Assembly: GCF_006345805.1 (NCBI RefSeq)
Contig: NC_042997.1
Location: 96,596,001-96,660,000, forward strand
Length of the DNA stretch: 64,000 nucleotides
Direction of reading: 5' to 3'
Source: Octopus sinensis
Lineage: Eukaryota
This document shows positions 25,850 through 39,029 of this stretch, piece by piece. Under the pieces are notes generated by a model. The model did not search any database and had not been told where the DNA came from. It was given only the letters and a program-made list of their open reading frames with translations. Position numbers and translations under genes: made by a program. The first letter of the stretch is position 1. Every line of letters starts with the position of its first letter.

Positions 25850-26860
25850 ACCAGGATTAACTATATACGCGTTTTGAGATTAAAGTAATTTAAATTTTAC
25901 TTACTGCTCTCTTCTTTACTTACTTCTCTGTTATATAATGTGGATGCAGCGACCTTCAACAGTATATTGTAATAGTTGGTAAAGGGAAAGAAACATATTA
26001 CGTACAGGGTGATGTGATTTACGTCAGCCTATCAACCCCTCAAGAATTTGGCTCTGTTTTTACTTTTATTGACGATTAGGTAGTTTTATTGTGATGCTTT
26101 TGAGTTAAGCGAAAACCATTTGGAACCGATATTTAATGAAATGTCTGTACCCAAATTAAATCGTATTTCCTAACAGTCTTTTCTTTTTCGTTCGGTCCGC
26201 TTTCAAAACAAAATAAATTTTTTTAATGACTGTATTTCAAGACATTTTTATGTTGGCGTAGATCGAGGAATGACTTTATTACACATTGTTTTTTTAGTAT
26301 CATGCTACACGATGCAATTACTGGTTATCGACATTTATTTACCTTTCCCTAGTTGAGGTATTATCTTCTAACGCAATGAGATGCTTTATTATCATATAGC
26401 TAGTTGTGAAAAACTACTAGCTTTTATGTACTTGTTTTTCAAGAAGGAAATTGTTTCTTTAGGCTCTTTCGTGCCAAACGACGGATTGAACTAGATAATA
26501 TTTTCCCTCAGGTGCAGGTTTCAGTCGTTGTTTGTAGTAGTTGAAATATATTGTATTATAATTTATTTCTCTGTACTATAAAATGCAATAGCATAATGTA
26601 TATCATAATATGTTGTGCTGTCGAAATTGCTGTGTTTGGTTGTATTTCTCGTCTTCTGAAAAATTTACTTGATAGAAAGAAAACATTTCCCATCGTTTAT
26701 CGTTTGCTATAAGCAGTAGTTTCATAATATCTATTAGTTGGTTTGAATCCAAATGTATACACATGCATCTTTAGAGCATTTCAAGTCTATCGTTGAAATA
26801 TGGTAAGTCTAACGTTGCAATAAGTTAGCAGGCACTGGATTACATCATTATTTACTGACT
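25850..26860 (-). mobile_element. Highly decayed Penelope-like remnant
   Basis: Only faint thumb/GIY-YIG-like stretches, plus an HHR-like tail gaagagag..ctcaaaacgcgta on the minus strand near 25860-25915. Confidence 0.35.
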
Positions 26861-26999
26861 AATAGTTTTCAAGGTGACCCACATATTTTGTTACTTACAA
26901 ATTTTCTTAACTGGAATAATATGTTTATTAAACTTGTTAATATGATTTTAGCACGCATATATATTCGCGCACATACACACACACAACAGCGTTCATACA

Positions 27000-27055
<56 letters not shown>

Positions 27056-27079
27056 CTCACATCCATGACACCAACCATG

Positions 27080-29580
27080 CTCTTCGTCTTTTCAAATCTT
27101 TCTCCTTCACTCCTGGCTCCTCCAACTTCTCTTTACAATGGACAACCAGAGCCTCTACACTGTGATCCCTCACCACGTGGGGCTGCGTGCACTTAAACAC
27201 TTCGTGGACCTCAGACCCAATCCCCAACCCGACACCTCCACACTCGTTCGTCTGGCTGAACTTGTCCTCTCACTCAACTGCTTCTCGTTCGCGGACGATT
27301 TCTACCAGCAGTTCTCGGGAGTGGCCATGGGAACGAGAATGGGCCCCAACTATGCGAACCTGTTCGTTGGCTATGTTGAGGCCCAAATATTCTCTAGTTT
27401 CACTAGTCCCACTCCAGAACTATATGGCTGTTATACTGACGACTGTATCGGTGCCACCTCACTCTCCTGCCACCTCACTCTTCCTCTCTTTCGTAAAATC
27501 TTTCCATCCTGCCCTCCACTTCTCCTGCAGTAGCTCTGACACCTCTGACACCTATGTCTCTTTTCTTGACATTTCGGTCAGCATTCATCACTGCACTCTT
27601 ACCACCTCCATCCACTACAAACACACAGACTCACACTCATACCTAAACTTCTCCTCCCACCCCAAACACACCAAGCTTTCCATCCCCTATTCCCAATTCC
27701 TCCGTCTACGCAGTGACGACCATGACTTTGAGACTCAGTCTCAACTCATGGCTCACAACTTCATCCTACGTGGATATCCCCTCACCGCTTTCCACACCAC
27801 CCTTGCCTGAGCACGTTCCGTGGACCGTGCATCTGCTCTTTCCCCCGCACCCACCCTGCAGTCTCCCGCCTCCCTTTTCCCCTCACCTACCACCCCAACC
27901 CTATCTCTCCAATGAACCATTCTCCGAGCTTTCCGGCATCTCCAGTCCGACCCGTCCACTTGACACATCTTCCCTAACCGACCCCTCCCCTCCTTCAAAT
28001 TAGCCCACAACCTACGAGACCTCTTGGTCCACAGCTTCTTCCCCAACCCTACCTCCCAACCTGGCTCGTTCCCCTGCTTCCGCCCACGCTGCCGCACTTG
28101 CCCTTACCTCTCCAATACCAACCTCCTCAGCGGCACCCATCATCGACCCTATCGCATCATCGATTCTTTCACCTGCAGCTCCAGCAATATCATCTATTGC
28201 ATCTCCTGCTCTCTCTGCCATTCCCTGTACATCGGACAAACGGGACGCCTCTTGGTTGACTGGTTCGTGGAACACCTCCGAGACATCCGCCTTGGCAATG
28301 ACACCCCAGTCTCACGCCATTTCCACTCCACCGGTCACTCCTTGCAACACTGTGTTCGGATTGTCCTTGCACAGATGCCATCCGGGTTCCCGTTTGCGCC
28401 GTGAACAGGGATTAATCTTCTCTCTTCGCTCTTTTACGCCATTTGGGCTCAATTCTCCTCCCCTCTTCATCTAACCTCTTCCCCGACTCTTACTTCTGTT
28501 CACTCCTACATCTTTTCACCCCTACTCTCTTTCCCTCTTCTCCCTTACTCTCTTTCTCGCTTCTCTCTTTCTCTCATTCTCCTTCTATCCTCTCTCCCCC
28601 TCCCTCCTCCTTCTTCCCACCCAACTCTCCTCTCTTGCCCCGACTCCTACTTCCCTTCACCCCTACTCTCTTTCCCTCTTCTCTCCTACTCTCTTTCTCT
28701 TTCTCTCCGTCCCTCCCCTCTTCCCTCTTACTCTCTTCCTCTCTTCTGTCTTTCTCTCTTCTCTCCTTCACTCTTACTCTCCTTCTCTCTCCTCTCTTAT
28801 TCTCTTTCTCTCTTCTCTCCTCCTCTCCTCTCTCCTACTATTTCACCCTCTCTTTCTCTCTTCTCTCTTACTCTCTTTTTCTCTTCTCTCCTCTTCTCTC
28901 TCCTCACATACCCGCCATCCCCTCCCCATAAACCCACCCACCCCTACACATCCCTACTCCACCTTCCTATCCTTCCCATCCCTCCATCCTATCTCCCATC
29001 GCATCCCCCACCCTCCGCCACATACCCCACCTCTACCCCCACCCTCTGCCTACCCACAAACCCCAACTCTACTCCAACCCCCAGCCGAACCCACATCTCA
29101 CCCGTGCTTTCCCCACGCTCGCCCCCCCCACCTCCCAACAACATCACACCTCACCACACTACACCATACAACATTACACATCACATCACAACACATCACC
29201 CACACACCCATCGCCATATCTTCATACCTACACATACATACACGTACACGTCCAGACCACCAGCCCTCTTTCACACGCACATACATACTCTCTTATACAC
29301 GCACCTTTGTGTTGGGGTCATCTTTACCTTGTTATCTCCCCTACTTTCCTTCCTGTGTTTGACCCTTCTGTCCGGCACTAGTCGCCATGATAGATCGTTA
29401 GCCACTACATACATTTTTTCTCTCCTTGTTTCTCTCCTTGTTTTTTCTGTGTCCCTTTCTTTAGAAGAGCGTAGGCTCGAAACGTAAAATACTTTTTCTA
29501 TTCCTGAACGTTATACTAATACATCTGTTTGTTTTGTACATCACCTGTCTTCATCTTTTGTTTTTTTTGTAAACTATCCC
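27080..29580 (+). mobile_element. Penelope-like element (Neptune-type): 5'-truncated RT, GIY-YIG and C/T-rich 3' repeat
   Basis: SLYTVIPH, YQQFSGVAMGTRMGPNYANLFVG, YTDDC, FLDI, RGYP, CFRPRCRTC, IIYCISCSLCHSLYIGQTGR; few frameshifts. Confidence 0.95.
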
Positions 29581-29689
29581 TATATATATATATAATGGAA
29601 AGGAGACGAACAGCTAGACAGACAGACAGACAGCTAGAAATAATTTTTATATACAGAAAATATTTATGATAAAATAATTTCAGTACAAA

Positions 29690-29866
29690 TTTTTGCACAA
29701 AGCCAGCAAATTGAGGACAGGGGTAAGTCTTTTGACTCCAGTGCTCAACTGCTACTAATTTTGATGTTGAAAGGCAATGTCGTCTTCGGCGGCGGAATTT
29801 GAGCTTAGAATGTAAAGCTGGACGAAATACCACTAAGCATTTTGTCCGGCGTACCAGCTCGCCGTC
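29690..29866 (-). mobile_element. Family A SINE, decayed
   Basis: cactaagcattttgtccggcgt..ccagctcgccg is the reverse complement of the head. Confidence 0.7.
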
Positions 29867-30104
29867 TTGAAGTATATATATATTGTTATAATTGCATCGA
29901 TGATAACTTTCATATGTTCGCCTGGAATATAGCTTTCTCCGTCTGTTCATGGAGAAGATATGCAAAAGATCTCGCTTATCATTTGTTTCCATTGAGGGGA
30001 TATCGAAATTAGTTGAAAATGAAGGGGCCGGAATTAAGGAGGATAATGATACTTATAATGGACGGTGGCCAGTATATCATTTCGTTTTGATATCTGTATG
30101 AGTA

Positions 30105-30604
30105 CCGTGAATCCTCGAGTATAGTCCGCCCTTGATTATAATACGCAGGGGTTTTTAGTGGGCTGTACCTCTGAAAAACCTAAACTTTGTGTATAATACG
30201 CACCCCTTCTCTAACTTGAATCAAGGGGGTCTATATAACGTCCTTGGTTTGTAAAACTATATACGTTAATGTCCTTTATTATTATTGTATATGTAACATA
30301 ATGCAAACGTGTAGCTTTTTTGTGCATTTTGTTTGCATAAAATAAAGAAATAACAGTAATAACGTTTAATGAATGTTGCTTACTGCAATTGTTTTATGAC
30401 TTCATTGCTTTCAGCCTTAGCTTAAAGTATTTTCGCGCCCGACATCACAAAATGCATCTGAATAAAAATTGCTGGACAGCAAATAGAGATTCGGACATTG
30501 CTTGGAAAATATTTTTCATTTTTAACCTCGTATATAGTACGCACTAGGGATTTTGACCTTTAAATTTTGGGGAAAAATTGCTGATTATATTCGAGGATTT
30601 ACAG
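30105..30604. mobile_element. pogo/Tigger-like MITE (500 bp)
   Basis: TIR ccgtgaatcctcgagtatagtc vs reverse complement ctgtaaatcctcgaatataatc; TA on both flanks. Confidence 0.88.
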
Positions 30605-31505
30605 TAGGCGTGGTTTGAGGATCAATTTACAGTCCAGAAATGAGTTGAGGTATGAGCAGAGAATGTGGTCGGAGGGAATGTTTTGGGGGATATATAGGAA
30701 GTTACAAATTAGATGATCCTCGTGCCAATGTGGGTATTCTGTGCAGGTCACTGGCTTTCTATGCTTGGGTAAATTTGGTGTTTTAAGTATTGTTTATACT
30801 AACTAATTTTTTCAGTATATATTGTTGCATTGGTGGCTTGAAATAGTTCGGTGTTAGTTGTTTAGAAAAAGTTAAGGGGTATCCTTTGAGAGAATATAAA
30901 TCAGGTGTTGTTGAAATTAGATGATTTAGTGATGCATCTGGTTGTTTAGGCTTCGGTTTCTCTACTGTTGTCGCATAGTTTTAATGCTCTCAACGCAACA
31001 TCAGTTATTTCCTTTATTCTTAGCATTACGCCGTTAGAAGCGGTATGATGACAGGGTGCTGATACCCAATGTCATGTGTGCTCCCTATTATAAGGTACTG
31101 GTCCTCTTTAACACATTCTATAATGCAGCCTGCCATCAAAGTAGCGCCAGCATACTTGCTAACGTCCACTTAGCTACATGGAAATATAAAGTAAGGGAAA
31201 TATCTGCCGGCGCTTTGATAGCATTACAATCACGTGACCGCAGCTGACGTAAACAGCCTAAACACATGAAAGGCATTTAGAATTTCTTTCAAAATCCCTG
31301 CTCTGTCTACGAACAACTAACGAGATGGATGTGTTCTGCACGCCCTCGAACATGCAGTAATGTGGAGCTGAGTCAACTTGATACTAAATACATGCATCTC
31401 CAACTAAATGTGAAGTGTACGCTTTGACTGTTCTTTGTTAATTCCTTCGTACATACCTGCATACCTACATACCTATCTACCTACCTACATACATACATAC
31501 ATACA

Positions 31506-31539
<34 letters not shown>

Positions 31540-31611
31540 CACACGTAGATAGATAGATAGATACATACATACATACATACATACATGCATACTTCCATAC
31601 CTACATATCAA

Positions 31612-32605
31612 GAGTGTCGTAGACTGTCTCTACCTAAAACGAAACAAGGCGCCACAGGCTTAACATAAATTCAGACTGCCTTTGAATGTGGTATCATATC
31701 TCTTCGGTATCATCTTTATCCACAAAGTGTCGAAGTGCATTCCTTGAATAAGTTTACATAATTGAAGCTGATAATATCATAAAACTTGGAGGGCAGCTCC
31801 TTCAGCAGCATTCCTTGTCGAATTTTCCTTAAATACATACCCAAAGAAGTTGCACGACTCTACCGCAACATATCATTAGATGAAAGTAGGAAAGCATATG
31901 TGTGCAGACCACCATGCATGGATACGTTAGTAGAGAGATCCGAGAGAGTAATATTGATCCTCGTCAGAAGGTAAACTCTGAGGACAAGGGAATAAGATCC
32001 CACAGTATAGTAGAAGCCATACTGTGGACTGATGGAATGTCCCAAGGAAAACCTCAATAAAATGTACACACAATAGACCCGATATAATGATTTGGGATAG
32101 TGAAGAGAAGCTGTGTACCGTTTTTCTCAACGGATGTTAACATAAAACTGAAGATCAGTGAAACAGAAAATACCTACACTAAACTACCGAGAAACCTGTA
32201 GTTACTCTAAACAGGTTACAAGTTCAGATTTATACCTGTAATTATTGAGACTCTGAGATATGTAACACACTGCCTAAATGCCAATCTTGAGAGATTAGAA
32301 TTCTCAAAACCAGACAGGAGGAAGTTGAATCGAAAACTACAGATCCAAGCTATCACTGGAACTGCTAAAAATTTGTAAAACTTTCCAGAAGTTTATGATG
32401 TAAGTATATTTGAGCATGTCTAGATATGCAACTATATGCATCACTAGTCATACATAAAAGAAAACATACAAATCTACATATACATACATATATACAAAAT
32501 ACCCTGATGTTGTTGAAATTCCAATGCAGGAGACTTGTATCTAGTTTAGAAACCGACCCTTTCCCTATTGGCGAGAACTCTTGAAATAAAACTGAACAAT
32601 GCCAT
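31612..32605 (+). mobile_element. RLE non-LTR retrotransposon 3' end in a (CATA)n array
   Basis: WNVPRKTSIKCTHNRPDIMIWD, FRFIPVII, KLQIQAITGT; (CATA)n at 31450-31610 and CATA/CA repeats downstream. Confidence 0.75.
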
Positions 32606-34621
32606 ACATGCACACAAACACACACGCACCCACACACCCACATACTCACTTACATACACACACACAAACATATATATATACACACATATTATATAAGTAT
32701 AAATGTATATATAACGAAACTACAGATCCGTGAGCTGACGTTCGCCTACATTTAGAAACATACTTTTAGCTTTGGCCTGTAAATAGACTCAGCAGAACTA
32801 GCCGGGGAGAAACGTTTTTATGTTTCTCTTGATTCATAACGTATCTCTCTTACATTCAGTGCGAGAAAACAGCTTATATTTTTAAGTGGAACATGCCAAA
32901 TATTACTAGCTCTGATTTCACTTGTTTGCTTATCAGTAGGCTTCATGCAGAGTATTGCTGTATTTTTTTATGCGGGAATAAACTATAGATATATGTATAT
33001 GTTTACATTTAATATACATATGCCTTTTGTCGCTTTCTATACGAATTCCATTGTTAAATCGTTGTCTTCTCTCGGCAGAATTAACCGCATAATACAGTGA
33101 GTATTTTTGTCTGCATTTTACCGGCTTATCTGTTTCGTTCTCTACAACGAAACTGGCTGATAGTTACGAAAAGTTTTAATCTCACTTTTTTAAATAAAAA
33201 TATTATCACTGGCAACGCATTACTGAAAAAGGTGTGTGTATCCTTGTTATATACCGATAACGTGAGGCAACAAATGTATTTTAATAGCAACACATTCCAA
33301 AAACCTAAGCGTATGAGGACAATATTACTCCAGCTTATTTCTCTTCTACTTTTGCCAGCAAAAGCCAAGAGATTTGTAACCAAATCTTTCAATGCAGGTG
33401 AATGTCACTGCCTCTGTGAAGGGGAGAAATTTTATTTGTATTCACATCAAACTCGCTGGCATTTGAAGGACATTTGCGATGCATTATCTTACTTTTCCAT
33501 GTATTTCACAGCACTAAGATTCCATTTTATTTACATGGTACTTTTATCTGTTTTTCAGTCTCAGTGGTGTCTTCTATTTCATCTAGTTGCGACTTAATTT
33601 CGTTGATCCTCAAATTCTCTGTATACTTTTTTTCTGATGCTTAGTTTTTTGTAATTTTATATTTGCAGACAAGTTGAAGTATCTAATCGTTGGTGTTCTT
33701 TCGACAGGCGCCTAACCCTATGGCTGCTCGCTTTAGTTACTGCGTCAGACGAAGTCCTCCATCCTTTCATGGAATGTACAGACCACAGTTTCCCAACGGG
33801 GTTCTTCCTTTCTCATTCATATGTTGTGACGAAGAAAAACAAATGAGTATTATTATAGTAGAAGATAATCTTTCTCGTATCTCCTTCTCCTCCTTGTACA
33901 CATGCGCAGCATCTTTGGTTACTATGGAGACACAGTTTTTCGCCACGGTGATATGTAAAATATTCACTTCTGATTGGTTAAAATACCTACATTCTGCAAA
34001 TTTTAATGGCTGATAACTTTTTAACTATGGATTTATAAGGAAAATGAATTTCATTTTCATAATTAGTATACAAAACTTAATCCATCTATCAAATTTGAAA
34101 ACAATTGGAATAAAATTGTAAACAGTGACGAAAACCACAAAGATCCGTGGGCCTCTAAATGTATTAGCAAGATACTCTATGCCTATATTAACTATTAGTA
34201 AGGTACATACATTCCTATACATTGTGTTTCAAGTAGTCATAAAGAATAAGCGAAGAAGAAAGAAGGAAAAACAGACTAATAGACATGCAGTTAAAACTCA
34301 AGAATCTATAAATAGATTCATTGGTAGTTTACAGGAAAAAGGAACAAAAGAGAGCTAGTATCAGTGACACTCCTCAGCACTGTTGGCAACAGCAGGAATA
34401 ACAATAACTTTCACGGGCAGGAGTTACGGGAGATTTTGAGAAAAAGCAATCAATCTTTCCTGTTTAAATTACCGATAGAAAAATGAATATATACAGCGTG
34501 GTTTTTCTTAATATTTAATGAGGTTTTACACCAATATGAATTCTCATAGCAGAGGAGTTTAGCAGTGTTGTTTGTTAAGGGAACTGCCGCGCTTCATAGC
34601 TTTCGTAATAAAAAATGAAAA

Positions 34622-35025
34622 AATAATAATAATGAAATTATTGTATACAGTGCTCAGGTGCACCACAACTTGTCAAAAGTGCGTATAAAGCATATACAGT
34701 ACAAATGACTGGAAAGTGAACAGTGTATGAGTCAGATACATGCTTGCATGAGTATGGAGGGGAGATGTAGTGTTGGCGAATCTCAGGAAGCATGAACGTT
34801 TTGAAGGATGTAGTGCTCCAATAACTAACAACTGATGCCGGCAGTTTGTTCCATACTTCAGCAACTCTTAGCGTGAAAAAATGTTTCCGAAAGTCATGGG
34901 AGCTGTGCTGTTTTCTGAATTTGTAAACATGTCCACGTATGTTAGACAGGTGGAGTTTGAAAAGGTGCTCAGAGTTATTGTTTGTAATAATTTTATGGGT
35001 CTCTGCCAAGTCAGCTGCCATACGT
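34622..35025 (-). mobile_element. CR1 LINE 3' end
   Basis: IRGHVYKFRKQHS..RKHFFTLRVAEVWNKLPASVV; (ATT)n tail. Confidence 0.9.
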
Positions 35026-35574
35026 CGGAATTGTTTAGCTTGTAAATATATTAACTTTTCATTTTCTACATTTGTTAAAGTATCTGCGACACCTTACAAC
35101 ATTCGTTGTTGTGTAGCTTGTAAATGTTTCGACAGTTCATTTTCTGCCTTTGTTAAAGCATCGACTGTATTTATAGTTTTCGTGGTTGTATAATTCGTAC
35201 ATATGTCAACTGCTTATCTTCAGCATTTGCTATCAGTTCTGGAGAGTGTTCTGAGCTTTGAGATTCGGAGCTGCTTCAAATCTTCTTGGATATAAAAGAG
35301 AAACGTTGGCGTCTTTCGAAAAACTGGTAAAAATTATATTATCACAGAGTTACAGATTTTGTATTTACTTCATACCATGTTTAACATAAGTAACCAGAGT
35401 TGTCTGCGTATTCGAATAATCAGAAAAAAATTAAATTCTCAAAGAAAATCGTAGATTTTCAAGTTACTGAAATAATTTTGAAACAAGATTTCGGTTCGAA
35501 AACTGCGTTCGAAATTTTATTCCTGTTTCTTCAGTAGCTCACCGCTGGCAAGGATGGTGCTATGCTCTCTTATC

Positions 35575-35640
35575 ATCACCATCATTATCATCATTATGAT
35601 TATTGAAAGCATAGTCATTATTATTATTATTATTATTATT

Positions 35641-35682
<42 letters not shown>

Positions 35683-35690
35683 ATTGTTGG
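35575..35690. repeat. (ATC)/(ATT)/(GTT) microsatellite
   Basis: Seen directly. Confidence 0.9.
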
Positions 35691-36219
35691 TTTACATTCA
35701 CATTCCTAATCGAATTTACCTGAGATTGTGATATAAAGTGTATCACAATAATTGTATTTTAAATGTTATTCTTCTTCATGGCTTCTTCATATGTGATCTA
35801 CAAATGTCTGGAGTTTTTTTTTTTTTAGTAACAAAATATTTCAACTATTTAATCTCTTAGAACGTTATCGGGAATAATTCATCAAGGTACTTGTGAAATT
35901 CTCTGCAATTTCCTCTAAAATTAGAAAGCATCATTTCCTATAAACTAATTTAGTTGATCCAAATTTATTTTCGTCATTGAAATGTTCGTGATTTTATTAT
36001 TTTCATTGGCAAAAGATTTTTATATTTCCTGTAATTGTATTTATATTTTGCTGTATTTGTGTCTGAGGGGCTCACTGCGGAGCTCACTGAACTGCAAGAA
36101 ATATATATCTTTTTCATGAATTCTTTTTCAAAACTAAATTTGAAAATCAAAATAAAAGATAGTAAATCTATTTTGAAGCTATGCAATTATACTTATTTCG
36201 TTTCGATGTAATGTTTAAT

Positions 36220-36420
36220 TTGGTTCTAAATTTTGCCACAGGGCCAGCAAATATGGTATAAAGGTAAGTCGATTTACATCCCACACCGCATCCAGTGTTC
36301 AACTGGTACTTATTTTATATAACTCGAAATACAAAACTAACTTCGGCGGAAGTTAAAAACAGAACGTAAAAACGAAGAAAATGTCTCGGAACAATTTGTC
36401 CAGTTTGCTAAATATGCCAG
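36220..36420 (-). mobile_element. Family A SINE, decayed
   Basis: gtaagtcgattta..ccagtgttcaactggtacttatttt..cggcggaa..agaacgtaaa. Confidence 0.65.
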
Positions 36421-37479
36421 AAAGTCTGTGGGTAGTTATAAAATAATCAGTTACAGATTTGGGACTGAGTTTTTGACGTATTTCGGATGAGAACATATAA
36501 AAGATTAAATTCAACACACTCACAAGGATGGTTTCACTCCCATGACATGCCTTTTCTTATTCTGGTGAGACAATGTTGAAACTCATGTGCAGCCAGGAAT
36601 ATCGAGTATAAAACTGATGGATATCCGACCATTCATCTGATTTGATATACGTAGAAGAGGGAAACAGCAAGAAAATTTGTGCTGTGGTGTATTATGTGCA
36701 TGTGTAGGGTTGATGATGATAAGGCTGCTGTAAACAGACCTGATAAATTCAGATGTGGGAATACTGAAGCAGGTTCTGAATATCGAGGTGAGAAAGAGAT
36801 TAAGTTTCTTCGGAAGGTCTGTCTATAGATCAGCGCAGGTTTACGTAAGGAAATAATGATTGTAGCGAGACAATATCTTTGAAAGTCAAGGTTATTCTAT
36901 CGTCTGTGATAGAGATGAGAATACAAAATAGTTTTGATTGTAGAAGTGACCAAAGGACGATGAATTTAGAGAGGGGGGAATTAAATGATGGATTTAATGA
37001 TGGTAACAATAAGATGGCGTTTGCTGCAAGTATTTGTTTTTTATTATGATTAGGTAAAATTCACAAGGACGAGAGAAAAAGATATATATATGTATATATA
37101 ACTGAACCACCGCGACGCTTCTGTATGATAGTTTAATAATGTAATTAACAAATATGATATTAGATTTACATTATACGGTAGCATCGATTTGTATATACTA
37201 GTAACTCATTCTCGAGGTATTAGGGCACTGGACTTAAGTAATACTTATGACATGCACATTCAAATAGTTATGCACGATAGGAAGTCACAACTCATTGATA
37301 GAATCTTGACTTGGAATGAAAGTCTGAGGAAATCGGTACATTTGTGGCCAGCAAAGCCTTTTAAGGCAGTACAGTAATAGTCAGTATCGCTGCCTCGAAT
37401 AAATTTTCGAACTCCAAAATCAGATTATATAAGATATTTGCTTAACTGTAAAACATCATTCTAATGAGCATGTGCTAGA

Positions 37480-38045
37480 TAAATATAGACAAGAACCGGT
37501 AAACACCTTTTAAAATCCGAGTCAATCGAAAATTTACAAACCTCTAAGATATTAACCTTAACTTCGACACATGAACAACATATAAACCCTTTGGAAAATG
37601 CAATAAATAACCGACTTATATTAAAGCTAAATGTTTGCATCCAGCCATGTTCTTAAATATCTATGCATCATTTATGAATGTATGTTACAGGAAAATTTTT
37701 AGAAGCCTCTTGAACGTGTTTTTGTACATCCCGTGCGAATAATATCAAAACACAGAAAGCATCAAAACCATCGAAACAGAAAGCACGTTCAAAATCAATG
37801 AATTATGCAGTTTGTAACATTGCTGCATATGGATATAAAGTTATAGCTACTAAATCAAACAGATCAGTCAATGTTAAACATTGTATTTAACGTATAGCAA
37901 GTATGTTTAAAGGGTGAGAGGGAAATTTCACTGCTTTCTACAAGCAAAGAATTAAGAGAAAATCTACACCGTCTGAATTATATTAGGCGGCTGAAGGAGA
38001 CGTATTTGAACTATGAAATACGATATAAAATTCTGAAATGAAACA
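37480..38045 (+). mobile_element. Decayed Penelope-like thumb + GIY-YIG remnant
   Basis: NL*DINLNF..YKPFGK..PTYIKAKCLHP resembles NFLDVTL..YKPY..P.YI...SNHP; faint nuclease motifs follow. Confidence 0.5.
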
Positions 38046-38325
38046 TTCCACGGCACTTACTAATTTGATATTGTTCAGGAACATCAGAGAACTGTATTAC
38101 ACCAAACTCACCAAACGGTTCACAGAAATATGAGAATGGAAAATCAAAGTCTTTCCTCAGATGGCATCACATTAAAGAAATGTTTAAGCTTCAGTAGCTA
38201 ATGATATGACCTGATTCATCAGGTTTTGAGGCATACATCAAACATGTTTGCTGCATGTTACCCTGCTTTTATTCACATTTACCTGTAGCTACTATAAAAA
38301 ATATCATGATTACAGAACTTATATA

Positions 38326-38530
38326 AGGCAGTGCGTGAGGACCGTTAGGACCGTTAGTACATCGGACTAAATGCTTAGCAGCATTTCTTCTGGATTTACG
38401 TTTTAAGTTCAACTTGACATTCCATTGTTTGTGGGTCGGCAGAATAAGTGCCAGTTGAACACTGGGGGGTTGGTGTAATTGACTTATCCCAACTCCTCAA
38501 AATTATTGGCCTTTTACCAAAGTTTAAAAT
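38326..38530 (+). mobile_element. Family A SINE, decayed
   Basis: aaatgcttagcagcatttc..agttcaa..aataagtgccagttgaacactgggg. Confidence 0.7.
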
Positions 38531-39029
38531 CATAATAAAAAATAAGCATGTACTCAGAACTACCTCGCATACAATATTGGTATATTTAAATTAGTTTCTT
38601 ATGAGCCCACCTTTTTCTATTCATCCTACACACTTCTCTCATTATCACATATGTGTGCCTGTTTATAATGTGTGTCTGTGTATGATAGCTATTCAATTAA
38701 CGTTTTATTTATTATTCTGAACTTTCTCTAATCATTCGATATCACGAGAATATATTTCACTTGTTTCTTTTCCTCGGTTATCATGTTGATGTAAATAACA
38801 TGTCACATTTCATTTATTTCTCAACGTTGTGTTAGGTTTCCAATATTCAGAGTAATGTATTTTAGCGAAGTCAAGCAATCATATTGCTTCCATATAATTA
38901 ACATCGAGCAAGGTAAAATATATAATTTAAAATTCTTGTAAGTGATTTAATCACGCAAGAAATTTTATCATATCAATATTTGTACCAATATACATCGCAC
39001 ATACATATATAGAATACTTTATTGTTGTT

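Noticed and set aside
28443-29487. S/L/F/P-rich and H/T-rich ORFs
   Set aside because: Low-complexity tract of the PLE 3' region
33097-34013. 166-aa and 107-aa plus-strand ORFs as host exons
   Set aside because: No recognisable domain or convincing splice context
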